From Lama glama (taxonomy: Eukaryota), in assembly GCA_028534125.1 (NCBI GenBank), contig CM052816.1, forward strand, positions 16,370,001-16,434,000: a stretch of 64,000 nucleotides of DNA. The letters are read 5' to 3'. The notes beneath the pieces were generated by a model. The model was not told where the DNA came from, ran no database searches, and saw nothing but the letters and a program-made list of their open reading frames with translations. Below, in pieces: positions 1-11,560 of this stretch (its first letter is position 1; every line of letters begins with the position of its first letter). The position numbers and the translations under genes are program-made.

Positions 1-929
1 TTCTCAAGCATGCGCAGGGCCCTTTGCTGGGTGATGGGGTGACCAAGATCAACGTTAACTGTTTCCCAAAGGAATGCAGGACAGTCCCTGGAGCAGACGC
101 TGTGACACAACATGCCATGGCCGAGAGGGCAGAGCTGAGGCCTGGTAAGCAGGCACGACTGTGGGCCATTGTTTCCCATTGTGGTGTGAGGGATGATTTT
201 AGGTGGTAAGTTAACAAATATTTACTAACATTGTTATTTTAATGTGTATTAGAAAAAATGTAGCACATCAAATAAGATTTTATAAATACTGCTTAGGAGG
301 AGGCAACACAACATACGTTAGCCTTTTTAAGTACATAATGGTATTAAGGTTGGGATGGCAAAGGTGATGACCAGGGGACATTCAAGAGATGGGCTCATGG
401 GGAGAGCATGGGGGCGTCCCAGGAATTGCCTCCAGGGGGCAGTGTGGGTGCACAGGGCAGGGTCACAGTACCAGACACTGCAGAGGCAGGCGCAGGTCAG
501 TGTTAAGCAGAGGCTGCACTCTAGATGTTTTGGGGAGCTGCTTTTGTCACTAGATGGAGAATGGATAATGGATGCCTAGGGCTGAGGGAGGAGGGAATCC
601 AGATGAGGGTAAGGCTTGGTCTCTTTAAGAGAAGCAGAAGGGTTGAGTGGGGAGGTAGACTGGATGGGAAACTGGTGCTGGGGTGCAGGGCTGTAGGATG
701 TTAGCAGATCAGGTGAAGCAGAAGTGGATCTGAAGCTTGAAAGACAATTTTGGAGTGTGACAAACTGATGGCAACAAAAGGCACGTGAATGTTCCAAGAG
801 TCAGCTTGGATCCTGTGAGTCAGCCAAGAGGAGGGACTGAGGAAAGGAAGGCCAGCGCCTGCCTGAGCGCCGGCCCCACGAGGGGTCTTGAGGGTAGCCA
901 TTCACTTGTGTCCTTGGCATTGAAGAGCC

Positions 930-2300
930 AGTAATAAGAAAATAAGGCTTCCTGTCCTTGTGATGGTTACAGTGAAACAAACGGATGTGTAATTAGTTCA
1001 ACACTATGAGCAATGAGGGCAGAGTAAAGATTTATCAGGTCTTTCTGATGAGGGGACTTTTGACAAGACACCTGAAAGAGATTCTGAGAAGGCACAGGTG
1101 TATCTGTGGGTAAAGTGGAACCACACATGCAAAGGGTGAATAACAAAGGACAGTGAGAGGAAAAGTCAGAGATGGCAAGAGGCCATACCCATCATTTAGG
1201 GCTTTGGCTTGTACTGAGGAACATGGAAGCCACATGGAAGGTTTACGCTAAAAGAATGACATGCTTTGACTTGTCTTATATAAGGGATTACTGTGGATGC
1301 CTTGGGGAACAGGACAATCAGGGAAACCTTCCGGGGAGGAGGGAGGTTACTGCAATGGTCCACATACAGATGATCGTGGGAGCCACTTCCTGGCATGTGC
1401 CCCCAGGTGTTGTCCCCTCCCACGGTGGACCAGGGGTGGTCTATGTCACCAACAGAGTACTGCAGCAGGGATGGCGTACCACTTTTGAGATCAGGTTTTA
1501 AAAAACACTGTGGCTGCTTTCTGGCTGCCGTTCTCTTGGATCATTCACTCTGGGGAAGCCAGCTGCCTGCCATGTTGTGAGCTGCTCAACGAGAAGGCCC
1601 ATGTGGCATGCACCCAGGCCTTCTGCCAACAGCCATGCGAAGGAGCCTGGAAGCAGATCTGCCAGCTCATCAAGCTGTCAGACTGCAGCCCCTCCAGAGA
1701 CAACCCCCCCCACCCCAGTCAGAACCGCTACTAGATTCTTGACCTTCAGAAACGGTGAGGGTGACTTTTGTTGTCTTAGCTGCTAAGTTTTAGGGCAAGT
1801 TTGTTACATAGTAATAGAAACGAATACAATGATGAGGGCTTAGACCAGGTGATGGCCAACAGAGTGGGTGTAGTTGGACCCAGCATACATTTTTAAGAAT
1901 TTGGACAGGTCCAGTTTGAGATATTAAGACATCCAAGTGGAGAGTTTGAGGCAGACAGGAAAGTCCAGTTCCAGGAGAAGTCGGCATTTGGATGGTATTT
2001 AAAGCAGGAGTCTGGTTGAGCTCAGAAGAGTGAGCAGAACAAGAGAAGAGGCCCAGGGACTCTTTGAACAACCTGGAAGAGGTAGGGGAGGGGTACCTAA
2101 AAAGGAAGACAAAACCAGAATGAGGACAAGTGAGAGGGTTTCAGAAGGGAGGGCATGATCATTTGGATCACTAACACGGCGAGGATAATAGGCGGGAGAC
2201 GATGAAAGAACCTGTCTGATGGTGTGGAGGACGGCAGTAGAATGGTTGGGCCAGGCGGTGATGGAATGACAGCGAAGGAAGAAGAGACCAGGGCTACACA
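930..2300 (-). mobile_element. L2 LINE relic interrupted by an MLT1 LTR
   Basis: Purine-rich L2-like segments at about 930-1380 and 1830-2300 flank the LTR. Recognised by eye. Confidence 0.5.
1385..1828 (+). mobile_element. MaLR LTR (MLT1-like)
   Basis: Contains ctctggggaagccagctgcc...catgttgtgag and the typical 3' end ctaagttttagggcaagtttgttacatagtaatagaaacgaataca. Confidence 0.72.
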
Positions 2301-2521
2301 TGTCTCTTTAGGGAGTTCTGCTTCAGGTGAGGATGTCTGCTAGGAAGGGACATGGGGTTAAAGTTTGTTATTGTTAAGCCAGTCATTATCATGATACAGG
2401 TGCAAGAGGATGGGGGTGTGACATCCAAAGATGTCAAGGATGCCCCCGAAGTTCTGACCCGCACCTTGAGGTAAGGACACGAGAATTCCCATGGTGGGCA
2501 TGGCCCTCCCTGCTGGGCTGG

Positions 2522-2726
2522 TCCAGAAGCTGCAAGGCTGTGCAGCACCAGGGGGAGAGGGACAGCGGGAGGGCCCAGAGCACTGCACATCCAGAAGCTG
2601 CAAGGCTGTGCAGCACCAGGAGGAGAGGGACAGCGGGAGGGCCCAGAGCACTGCACATCCAGAAGCTGCAAGGCTGTGCAGCACCAGGGGGAGAGGGACA
2701 GCGGGAGGGCCCAGAGCACTGCACAT
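2522..2726. repeat. Minisatellite: three tandem copies of a 68-bp GC-rich unit
   Basis: Units start at 2522, 2590 and 2658 (tccagaagctgcaaggctgtgcagcacc...cactgcaca), with one substitution in copy 2. Confidence 0.97.
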
Positions 2727-2826
2727 GCTATGGGCGAATCCAGGAGACTCATTTAATGTGAAATTCAACTCTGCTGGAAGGCAAAGAAAATGATTTCGGT
2801 CCCTCAGACTTGGTTTCATAGTGGAC

Positions 2827-3522
2827 TTTATTGGGAAAAGTTAGTGTAGGAAACATTCAAATTCATAAAGTTTAAATAAGATAGTAAAATTATACCTTGT
2901 AGCTATAGTAATCGCTATAGTAATCACAAATAAGGTAAAGTCTAAATTACCGCCTAAGCAAACACTGTTTTGTCAGGTTTCTGTTGCAAGCCCAAGGCAG
3001 GAGACACTGCAGTTACTACAAGTGAGCCCAGTGATGAATTTGCATTTGAAGCTGAAGAGAGGGAGAAAGGCATGTTCTGATTACAGCATCACAGCATTGT
3101 GGCCTGAAAAAAGCAACTTTATTAATGTCCTGCAGCACGGTATGTTAGTAATGGTAACCATGCATTAAAATTCTCATTTCATGTTATAGAGAATCATAGT
3201 TTTCTTCATGACACATTATGTTTTACTGAGTTTCATGTGGTTTGCCCCTCTGAAGGCCTTTCTGGGACTGTTTCCTTCTCCAGGGCCAGCCTCCTGTGAC
3301 ACTCGGGCTGCTTACTCTGGGTTGTCTGTCTTTGGTCATTTAATACCAGCCAAACTGCTGGAACCTGGGGCTGGTGGAAGCCCCCTCCCTGAACCAAGGT
3401 GGAGTCAGACCCCCCCCTTCTCTCAAAGCCCTAATGCCACCACTAAGGACGGGCATCACAACTTGGTCAACAGTGTTACTAAAAAGTTAATGTGGAGTCT
3501 CTTTGGTTATAGAGTTTTTATT
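2827..3522 (-). promoter_or_regulatory. CTNNA1: CTNNA1 3' UTR polyadenylation signals: AATAAA at 3522-3517, 3123-3118 and 2832-2827
   Basis: Three TTTATT hexamers on the plus strand downstream of the stop codon. Which ones are used is not shown by the sequence. Confidence 0.7.
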
Positions 3523-3725
3523 TAAGCTTATAAAAAATATAGCTAGATATATGCTCCTGAATTCTAAAAGTATTTCTGACCAACTTAAACACAAGTATGT
3601 CCTTGTAAAATTAGCCAGGTTTGAAATCTGCCATTTCCCTATGGAATCTAACATCAGTGTTCTATTTAGCAAATACATGTGAGTGAAGAACAGTGACTGA
3701 TCATTAGAGGGATGAGGGGGCAGCC

Positions 3726-4013
3726 TTAAATACTGTCCATGGCTTTGAACTCACTGAGGGCCTGCACAGGGTTCACGTGCTTCTTCTGAGATGCCCGTTT
3801 AATCTTGGTCTGTGTCTCATCCTGTTTCTCTCTCTTCACCAAGGGCTTTTTCTCAGGTGCCTTCATCTTCCAAGACACAGCAGGGAGGTTGAGAGAAGCC
3901 ATACCCTGAGACTTCTGATACTTGGTGGAGGCCACATAGGATGCCTTCACTGTCTGCACCACAGCGTTCATCAAGTTCTTGGCAGCCTGGATCAGGGACA
4001 TGGCGCTGTCCAC
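3726..4013 (-). CDS. CTNNA1: CTNNA1 exon 18 coding part (288 nt): VDSAMSLIQAAKNLMNAVVQTVKASYVASTKYQK...EFKAMDSI*
   Basis: ORF 3726..4013; TAG acceptor at 4016-4014, TAA stop at 3728-3726; C-terminus of the actin-binding domain. Confidence 0.98.
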   Translation of the reverse strand: MDSAMSLIQAAKNLMNAVVQTVKASYVASTKYQKSQGMASLNLPAVSWKMKAPEKKPLVKREKQDETQTKIKRASQKKHVNPVQALSEFKAMDSI

Positions 4014-4224
4014 CTAAGAGGTACAGATGGGGCGGTGAGTAGCAGAGGCCTGACCTCCAGCCCCATGTGCACCCATGGGCCTGGGTCTAGTGTGGACTGA
4101 CAGTGGAGTCCCCATCCCTCCTGGCCAGGCCAGGGCCGCAGCCCCATTCCTGATTAACTGCCCCAACGGCTGGCTGCTCTTACCCAAATACTCTGAAAAT
4201 GGCTGTTTCAGATCTTTTGAAGAA

Positions 4225-4316
4225 GGGAGGGTATAGCTCAGTGGTAGAGAGTATGCTTAGCATGCACAAGGTCCTGGGTTCAATCCCCAGTACCTCCACC
4301 GAAAAAAAAAAAAAAA
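4225..4316 (+). mobile_element. tRNA-Ala-derived SINE (Vic-1-like), short form
   Basis: gggagggtatagctcagtggtagag (A box), ttagcat anticodon-loop relic, ggttcaatccc (B box), poly(A) tail. Confidence 0.88.
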
Positions 4317-4344
4317 GTCACAATATCTCCGTGAGAGAAGTACA

Positions 4345-4470
4345 ACGATGATCTCCATTTTACCGATGAGGACACTGAAACCCAGAGAGGTTAAGTAACT
4401 TGCCCAAGGCCACACAGCTGGTTAGTGGTAAAACTGGGATTTGAACCCAGGCATTTCAGCTCCAGAATCT
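4345..4470 (-). mobile_element. MIR SINE core
   Basis: ccattttaccgatgaggacactga...agaggttaagtaacttgcccaaggccacacagct...gggatttgaacccagg is the reverse complement of the MIR core. Confidence 0.8.
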
Positions 4471-5885
4471 AGGCCACAACACCAGACTTCAGGCTGCACC
4501 AGGGCAGGAGACAGGGTATTGTCCCCCGTGCCTGGTGCAAGTTCTTTCACGGAGAAAGTGTCCAGCAGCTGTTTGTTGAGTGAAATGTGGGTTCCAGTGA
4601 GCAGGAGATCTCATATTATATAGCTTAATTCATTACTCAGAAGAAACGGGGGAAAAAAAAAGTAAGAAAGCTACTGTTACCTTACTTACCCCCACCCCCA
4701 ACAAGTTTTTGTTCACTCAAACAAATTGGGGAAAAATCAAACCCCGTGAACAGACAGAGGCAGCATTAAGTCAGCCATCCTGGACAGGACAGGACAGAGC
4801 CTCTCCCCTCCCCTCCCCTCCCCTCCCAGGTAAGTACAGTGGACCCCTGAAGTAGGCACTGTAGTTTTCATTTATCAGCTTAGCTGCTCTGGTCACAAGC
4901 AGCTGGTTGTGATGTTGTTTCCCTCAGAAACAACATCATAACCATCCTGCCCCCACCAGGGGGGTGCCAGGGCTCCCTAGTACAGCTGGTCTGTCTACAA
5001 CTCACAGAGATCTGCTAAGTCAGTGGTTTTCAACCACTGCCAAACAGATGCCTCAGCATTCTGGCTTAGTCTGATTGGAAAGTGACTCAAGCTCTGAAAG
5101 CTCCCCATGTACTTCTGACCAAATTGAAATTTCCTAGCCCCTGACCTCAGCCAATGCAAGAACTGCCTAAAAGCAGCCACTTTAATTGACCAAAGCACAA
5201 CCAACTTTACCACCTTTCCTACCAGTTTTTTCTAGATTAGTTTCCTTTTAATTATAATTTTGTGTCATATTTTTTGCTCTAACTTAGAACGCACAGTTAT
5301 CCTAGGTTAACTTAGTGGAAATCTGCTATTTCCTAGGAAGGACGTGTGTAACCTATTTCAGTTACCATGTAGATTATTTGGTTTTTATGTTTTGAAGGTC
5401 GCTCCCCAAAGTAACAAAAGCCATGGTCTCCACTCTCAGAGGGCAGGAGCAAAATATGACCTAAAACCTTGTCTGGGTTTGGAAGTGATTAATGTAGATT
5501 CTTACGATGAAGGAAATGAAAATGAGAAATTTGGGTAAGTGATGAGCTTGAAAGGGGGAGAACAAAGTGATGATGCCAACAACAAATATATTATTCTCTG
5601 ATACATTCTGGTAGAGGTTGCTTTGATTCATGACACTTGTGCTCAATATCGATCGAAAGGACAACACAGGTACACAGATACTTACGGTTCCAGCTCGGGC
5701 AGGAGGAAAATGACCTCTCCCCTCTCCCCACAATAAGGGGTCCCAGCTTTCACCAACTATGCTAAGAAATTCAGCAGCCAAGATGTAGCCCTTGGCCTCT
5801 CAGGACTCAAAGAAACTTGCGGGTTTCCCTAGCACCCTCCCCAACACCTTCACACTGGCTAACTCTCTTCACAGATGAAACTTAC

Positions 5886-6020
5886 CCCAGAGACGACCAG
5901 CTCCCCACCAAGATTCTGCACCTCAGCCTTGACTTTGCTACAGATGTTGAGCTGGTGGCAGTACAGGGCGATGCGCTGCAGGTAGGCCAGCAGGTCCTGC
6001 TTGCAGGCCGAGTCTGGGCA
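5886..6020 (-). CDS. CTNNA1: CTNNA1 exon 17 (135 nt): CPDSACKQDLLAYLQRIALYCHQLNICSKVKAEVQNLGGELVVSG
   Basis: ORF 5859..6047; CAG acceptor, GTAAGT donor. Confidence 0.97.
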
Positions 6021-7555
6021 CTGATGGGAGAGAGGATTTAATACCAAGCACTCTAAGCTCAGCCCAAATACACCCCACCCCCAAGGCTATTTCTCAAAGG
6101 CTCAGTGTGCCACCAGCAGCAAAGGGCAAGAGAGAGCAGTTACCCAATTACCTGAGACAGTCGGAGCCCTAGCTCTGCTGCAGGCCCTGCCCGTGAAAGT
6201 AAGAAAAAGCCTCAGCAAGTTAGAGTCTGGTTCTGGAGAAAAGTCAGAGTGCTGTGAGCTAGGTGATAACCATCCAAATAGCTCTTCTGCTCAGGGGGGC
6301 TTTATCTGCTCAGTTATGATGCACCTGGTAAACACCTGATGAAAGGAGAGCCCTTTCAGGCAAAGATGGAGAACAAGTGAGCCAAAGCAAGAAGAGCACT
6401 TGGGGGCCGTGAGGTCCTGACCAGTCTTTTTTGGACTTTACCCAGAAAAGGAAACAGAACACCTATCAAGTGTTTACAGCACCTCCTATGAGGTTGGGAT
6501 GCAGTGAGTGAGAGGGTGGTATAACAAGCCAGCAGACCATGTTGGAGATTTAGAATTTTATTCTAAGAAGCTAATGAAGCACAGCAGAGCCACAGACGTT
6601 TGCATTTTAAGCCAATCATACAGAACCACGTTGGCCACTGTGTTGAGGATGGAATGTGGGGAGAGGAGAGGCCAGGGCAGTGCAGACATGGGCCCTGCAC
6701 ATCAGGACTCAGCTGGTGGTTGCAGGGAAGAAATGACCAGATGGTGTCTAGATACGTGTGGCCAGGGCTCAGGATCAGAAAGAGGGGAGTACAGGATGAC
6801 TTCTGAATGAATCATTGGCTAGAGTTTGCACTGACAACTCTCTTCACAGGTGAAACTTACAGATGAGGAACCAGTGTCACTCATCCTGCAGCCCTGAGCG
6901 TCTGGATACTTCAGGGAAAGGAGTGGGAAGGGTTGTAACTACAGCTGGGAAATGGCATCTCTGATGTCTTGGAATATCAGAAGGAAATGTTGTTGTAAAC
7001 TTTCCAGGAGGTAGGAACCATTTTGGGGGGACATACTAATACACAGAATAAAGGGATGAGGTCTGGGTGGTTGAGGTTACAGAAGTCTGTCCCCAGTTGG
7101 GTATGTTAACCTTCCAAAGCACTAGTCAAAGAGGCTCCTGATTCTTACATGATATAAATCTACAAGGAAAGGCTCTAATACACCTGGTTTCAGTGAATTT
7201 TTAAGCCCTGCAGAATTAGCTCCTGCCCGGAGGTGAAGTCCTAAAGAGAGCTGAGAGATAATAAACAGACTAGCTTTAGCTGTCAACCAAGGAAAGATTT
7301 CAGGACATACACACCTCCTCCAGAGATGTGCTTTAATGCAAACAGGACCTGCCTTATAAAACTTGTCAAAATAAGAAACAAGAATTCAGAAAGCCTTAAA
7401 AATCTACGCTGGTATTAATCAAGCAGGTTGGTGAATTAAGAACAGTCTTTGAGATGGAAAACGCACTGTGTCTCATGAAAAATACTGTTGTTGCCACTGA
7501 GCTGCCTGAGTCCCAGGATGAACTCTGAGGGCCACAAGGCAAGTCTGCCACTTAC

Positions 7556-7661
7556 ATGGTCTGCGATGGTGCGGCCAAGCTTATCCATCCTGGATCCTGC
7601 CTCAGCAATTTTCTTGGCAGCACTGATCACATCTGATGTGTTTTTGAGTGGTCCTTTACCT
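7556..7661 (-). CDS. CTNNA1: CTNNA1 exon 16 (106 nt): GKGPLKNTSDVISAAKKIAEAGSRMDKLGRTIADH
   Basis: ORF 7436..7630; CAG acceptor, GTAAGT donor. Confidence 0.97.
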
Positions 7662-7818
7662 CTGAAAAAAGGGAAGATGGATCACTGTAATTGAAGCCTT
7701 GTATATGGAGATGAACAGAAAAGAAGTGTGTACAGAGCAACAGGTCCTGCCTGTGAGGTGACCTGTGGAGAGGAGGGCCTCCCCTCTGTGCAGGTAGTGG
7801 GGCCCCAGCACTGCTTAC

Positions 7819-8000
7819 CGGGTGAAGTCTGTCATCTCCATCATGATCATGCACATCTGCTTGGCCAGCACGATGATGTCATTACCACTGTCGTCCCACT
7901 TGGACACTTCGGCATCCAGCTTGCTCTTTTCTTCCTGGAAGCTGGCTACCTGTTCCGCAATCTTTGCTTTTTGCTCCTGGGGAAGCTGAGCCATGATCGC
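7819..8000 (-). CDS. CTNNA1: CTNNA1 exon 15 (182 nt): AIMAQLPQEQKAKIAEQVASFQEEKSKLDAEVSKWDDSGNDIIVLAKQMCMIMMEMTDFT(R)
   Basis: Hand translation; CAG acceptor, GTAAGC donor. Confidence 0.96.
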
Positions 8001-9181
8001 CTGAAATCAGAAGCACAGAAAGCTCTTACATAAAAAGAGTATGAAGTTCTCACGGTGCATCAGCCAAGAATCTTTCCACCAAGCAATCTATGACATACAT
8101 AGGATAATGCTTTAATAAGGTTTCATTTTGCCTGAAGGGCCGTTTCTTCTCATTTTGCACAGAAGTTTTCGGCAGCTTGTATTCCCGATCCACTTACCGG
8201 AACCAGCTTTAGTGTGGAGAAAAACTGAGTAGAAGGCTACTGTAGAAGCTCTGTGATCACACCTGCACAGGGACAGAACCTGCTTAACTTAATTCTTTAG
8301 AAGTTTCATCCTCTGAGGCCTCAGGGCCTGGGGAGATGAGGAGGGACAGGCTAATGTGCAGAGCCCTGTCCCGGGCAGGCCCTGTTGCTATGGCCACATT
8401 ACATCTCTAGCCTTTCCAGGTAACATATAAGTAGTTTTAGAAGTATATTTTAAAGGCAGTCAGGCAGAAGAGAAGCTGCTGCAGAGTATACCTTTTAGCT
8501 TGTGAGACGGCATTTAAACCTCATCACAGCAGCACCCAGATGCCTGTTGCCCACCTCAAGTCACAGACTTGGGGCCTTAGGCTCCTCTCCACTCAGCTTT
8601 CCAAAGTGCTCAGGACCAAGTGCAGCTTAAAGCAGGGGTGTACTCGCTGTTCAAAATGATTTCTAAGGGGTGAAAAAAGACTCCTTAGAAATATTTCTTG
8701 GCATCCTCCCAAAAACATAAATGCAACTGATTGAAGATTAATGATTCAAATGAATGCAATGGCTCTGATTTTCCTGAATGTACCACTGTTGGGTTTTTTT
8801 TTAAGACCATGAATAATTAAATAGTTCTTGCCCATGGTATCTCTGAGATAGGCAAAGACAGCAATCTTTTTCGAGTTTCACTATCCTTTTAACAAACATT
8901 GCATTGACTAGCTTCTAGGGCTTTCCTGACTCAGGGCTCTTCATAAACCAAAGCCCCAGGGCGCAGCTGAGGCGGCCCATGGTTCTGCCCTGCTTCTAGC
9001 CAAGGAGACATTTCGGAGGAACCTACAGTCAACTAGCAGGTGCCACAATTTAGGTTATCCTCAATCCTATTGCCAGAGAAAACTAAAGAAAGTGTTCTCA
9101 ATAGTAAGATCCTGAAAATGAAAAAGCCAAGACCAGAGACGGACAGGAAGGTCTGCAGGACAACTTACAGCCGGTCCTTAC

Positions 9182-9292
9182 CCGGGCACTCTGGCCAGCT
9201 ATCAGCTGATCATCTTCTGTCTGCACGCTTGTTCTGCTTCTGACATCAAAGTCTTCCGTCTCAAAGTCCGAGTCATCCAGCTCCTCAGGGGT
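9182..9292 (-). CDS. CTNNA1: CTNNA1 exon 14 (111 nt): TPEELDDSDFETEDFDVRSRTSVQTEDDQLIAGQSAR (phospho-linker region)
   Basis: Hand translation; CAG acceptor, GTAAGG donor. Confidence 0.96.
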
Positions 9293-10408
9293 CTGCCACC
9301 AAGACAGAAATCACAAATCAAACACACCCCTGGGCCTGTAGCTGCCACAAGCCTCTGGGCCCACAGATGTACAGACATCCAGAATTTTCTGCAATATTCC
9401 AAACAGTTGTGGGGAATAGTTAACCTCTCAAGCTTTGTCAGAGACCCTGCCTCACCGATGTGACAGGCAGCCCGTTCAACAAACACCAGCCCTTCCCCAA
9501 GGACCTAGGGGTCCCTCATGGGGTTGAGGACTTCAGTTTCTACCAGTGAATCCAGACTCTTCATCTGACCTTTCTGTACTTCTCCAATACCTGCATCTTA
9601 AGATAAAGGTGAGAACTGTCCTGGATGGAAAACGTACTGTATTAAAAATAGAAGTGTTCCATACAACATTAGGCAGATTCATGTACCCTTCCCACTTTGT
9701 GACAAAAAGAAAAATGAATTAACTAATGCTGGCCCTCGCAGGGTACCAAAGGCTGATTTAAGGAGTATTTTTTATGAACTTACTTTTATAAAAGGACAAG
9801 GTTTGAGTAAATAACCAAAGGGACTGATTACTGGTCCTACCTCTTTGCTTTACTTATGAAATAAAATTCTTACTTTGCACACCCTCAAGGCTCTCGTGAT
9901 TAGCTCCTGACTTGAAACATAATGTCATCTTCTGGAAGTTATCAGCAACAGGGCAGCAGGCAGAACAGCTGGGGCTGGCTCTTGGCCCAGCCGGCTGGCC
10001 TGTGACAGGAGGGCAGTGAGGCGAGGCCCTCATCTGCACCAGGACCTAATCCAAGCCCAGCCCAAGGGCTTGCTGTGAGGCCCAAATGAGAGGACGTTTG
10101 AGGAAGCAACTGAAACTGCCCAGACTATACTGGGTTTGTACATGTAAAAGGTTGGGCCTGTCTCTCAATGAGGTGAGGACAGTGGGGGTCACACAAGGCA
10201 CAACTGAGTCACATGTCAATGCAAAGCCTCACTGCCACTGGCCATTTTAATCTGGGGTCACAGCCACCTTTAGCACTGGGTGAGTGCTAAATCTGGAGGA
10301 GTTTTATTGAAGGGAGGCCTCCTCGTAGGATTTCCACTTCCACATCTTTCTCGATAGCCCATCACAGACCTAAGAACTGTTCTTGCCAGGAAAACCAAGT
10401 GTCTCCTA

Positions 10409-11560
10409 TTCATTCATGCATCTGTTAAGTATCTGTGTGCCAGGCACTTTTCTGGGCCCTGGAGGTACAAAATGACAGACAAAAACCCCTGCTCTCACAC
10501 GTGTTCTAATGGGTGAAATGACAAAACATAATTACGTGACACGTTACAATGTGATCAATGCTATAAATAAAGCAGTAGAGGACTGTAAATTGTATATGGT
10601 GGTCAGGAAAGGTCTCGTGAGAGGGTAAAATTAAATCAGAGACTTGAAGGCAGGGAAAGTGGGAGCACAGTGGGTACCAGGAGGAGGAGTGTTCTGGCAG
10701 GAGGGAGTCACCAATACAAAGGCCCAGAGATAGCTTGCCTGGGGAATGGGATGAATAGCATGGAGGCCAAAGAGGGACTCAGATCACTGCCCTTCTGTCA
10801 CAGGGTCAGCTGGAGCCCTGGGAGCAAAGCTGGGGCGCAGGAAGAGATAAGATCAGAGAGGTGACAGGCTTAGGTAGCTCCTAGAAGGCCTGTGGGCGAG
10901 TGTAAGGACTGAGTGGCACAGGCAGCCTTCAGAGAGTGTTGAGCAGTGGATAGCATGATCTAACTGAAGCTTAAAATGATCACTGAGTGCTCTGTGGATG
11001 AGAGGCAGGCACCTAGAGATAGGAAGGGGGAGGCCAGCTGAGAGGCAACTGCATGAATCCAAGAGAGAGATCCTGATGGCCTAGACCAGGGAGGGAACAG
11101 TGTTCAGAGTCTATTTATTATGAAGGTAGATCCAACAGGATTTGCTGATAGATTAGATACAGGGTATGAGACAAAAAGCAGAATCAAAGATGAATCCAAG
11201 GTTTGGGCCTGAGGAAGTGGAAGACAGAGTTGCCATCCACTGATACGAGGACACTGGGTGGAGAGATCAGGACCTCCCTTTGGGGAGTAATAAGCTCAAG
11301 TTGCCTATTAGACAGTAAGTGAGAGGGAGTGGGTAAGGGGGCTAGACGAGTGTGGAACTCAGGAGAGTCAGCCTCTTGGTGGTTTTCTCAAGTCTTTACA
11401 TATGAAGGGAATGGGTATAGTCAGAAAAGAGAGGTGAAGAACTCTGCCTCAGGGCAGACCAATGGTCTTCTCCTGGCTGAGAAGATGAGGAGAAACCAGC
11501 CAAGGCGACTAGGAACTAGGGGGGGCCAGGAGACTTTCTTATGATGGGAGAAGTAACAGC
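10409..11560 (-). mobile_element. L2 LINE 3' fragment
   Basis: Starts with ttcattcatgcatc...tgtgtgccaggcact (reversed L2 tail), followed by about 1.1 kb of purine-rich L2-like body. Confidence 0.65.

Noticed and set aside
1..930. Exons of a neighbouring gene (SIL1 lies beyond the CTNNA1 3' end in human)
   Set aside because: No recognisable coding sequence; the region looks like old repeat or intergenic DNA.
2522..2726. Possible CRISPR-like array
   Set aside because: The units are head to tail with no unique spacers, the context is mammalian and there are no cas genes.
2294..2819. Overlapping 73-153 aa ORFs with repeated peptides on both strands
   Set aside because: They arise from the stop-poor 68-bp tandem repeat read in shifting frames, with no similarity to a recognisable protein.
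4225..4300. tRNA-Ala(AGC) gene, and the four similar loci
   Set aside because: Copies are mutually diverged, lack a proper acceptor stem and oligo-T terminator, and carry A tails, several with TSDs, so they are SINEs.
4827..4835. Perfect plus-strand donor CAG|GTAAGT suggesting an antisense spliced RNA
   Set aside because: No partner acceptor or promoter could be identified, and a lone 9-mer can occur by chance in 64 kb.
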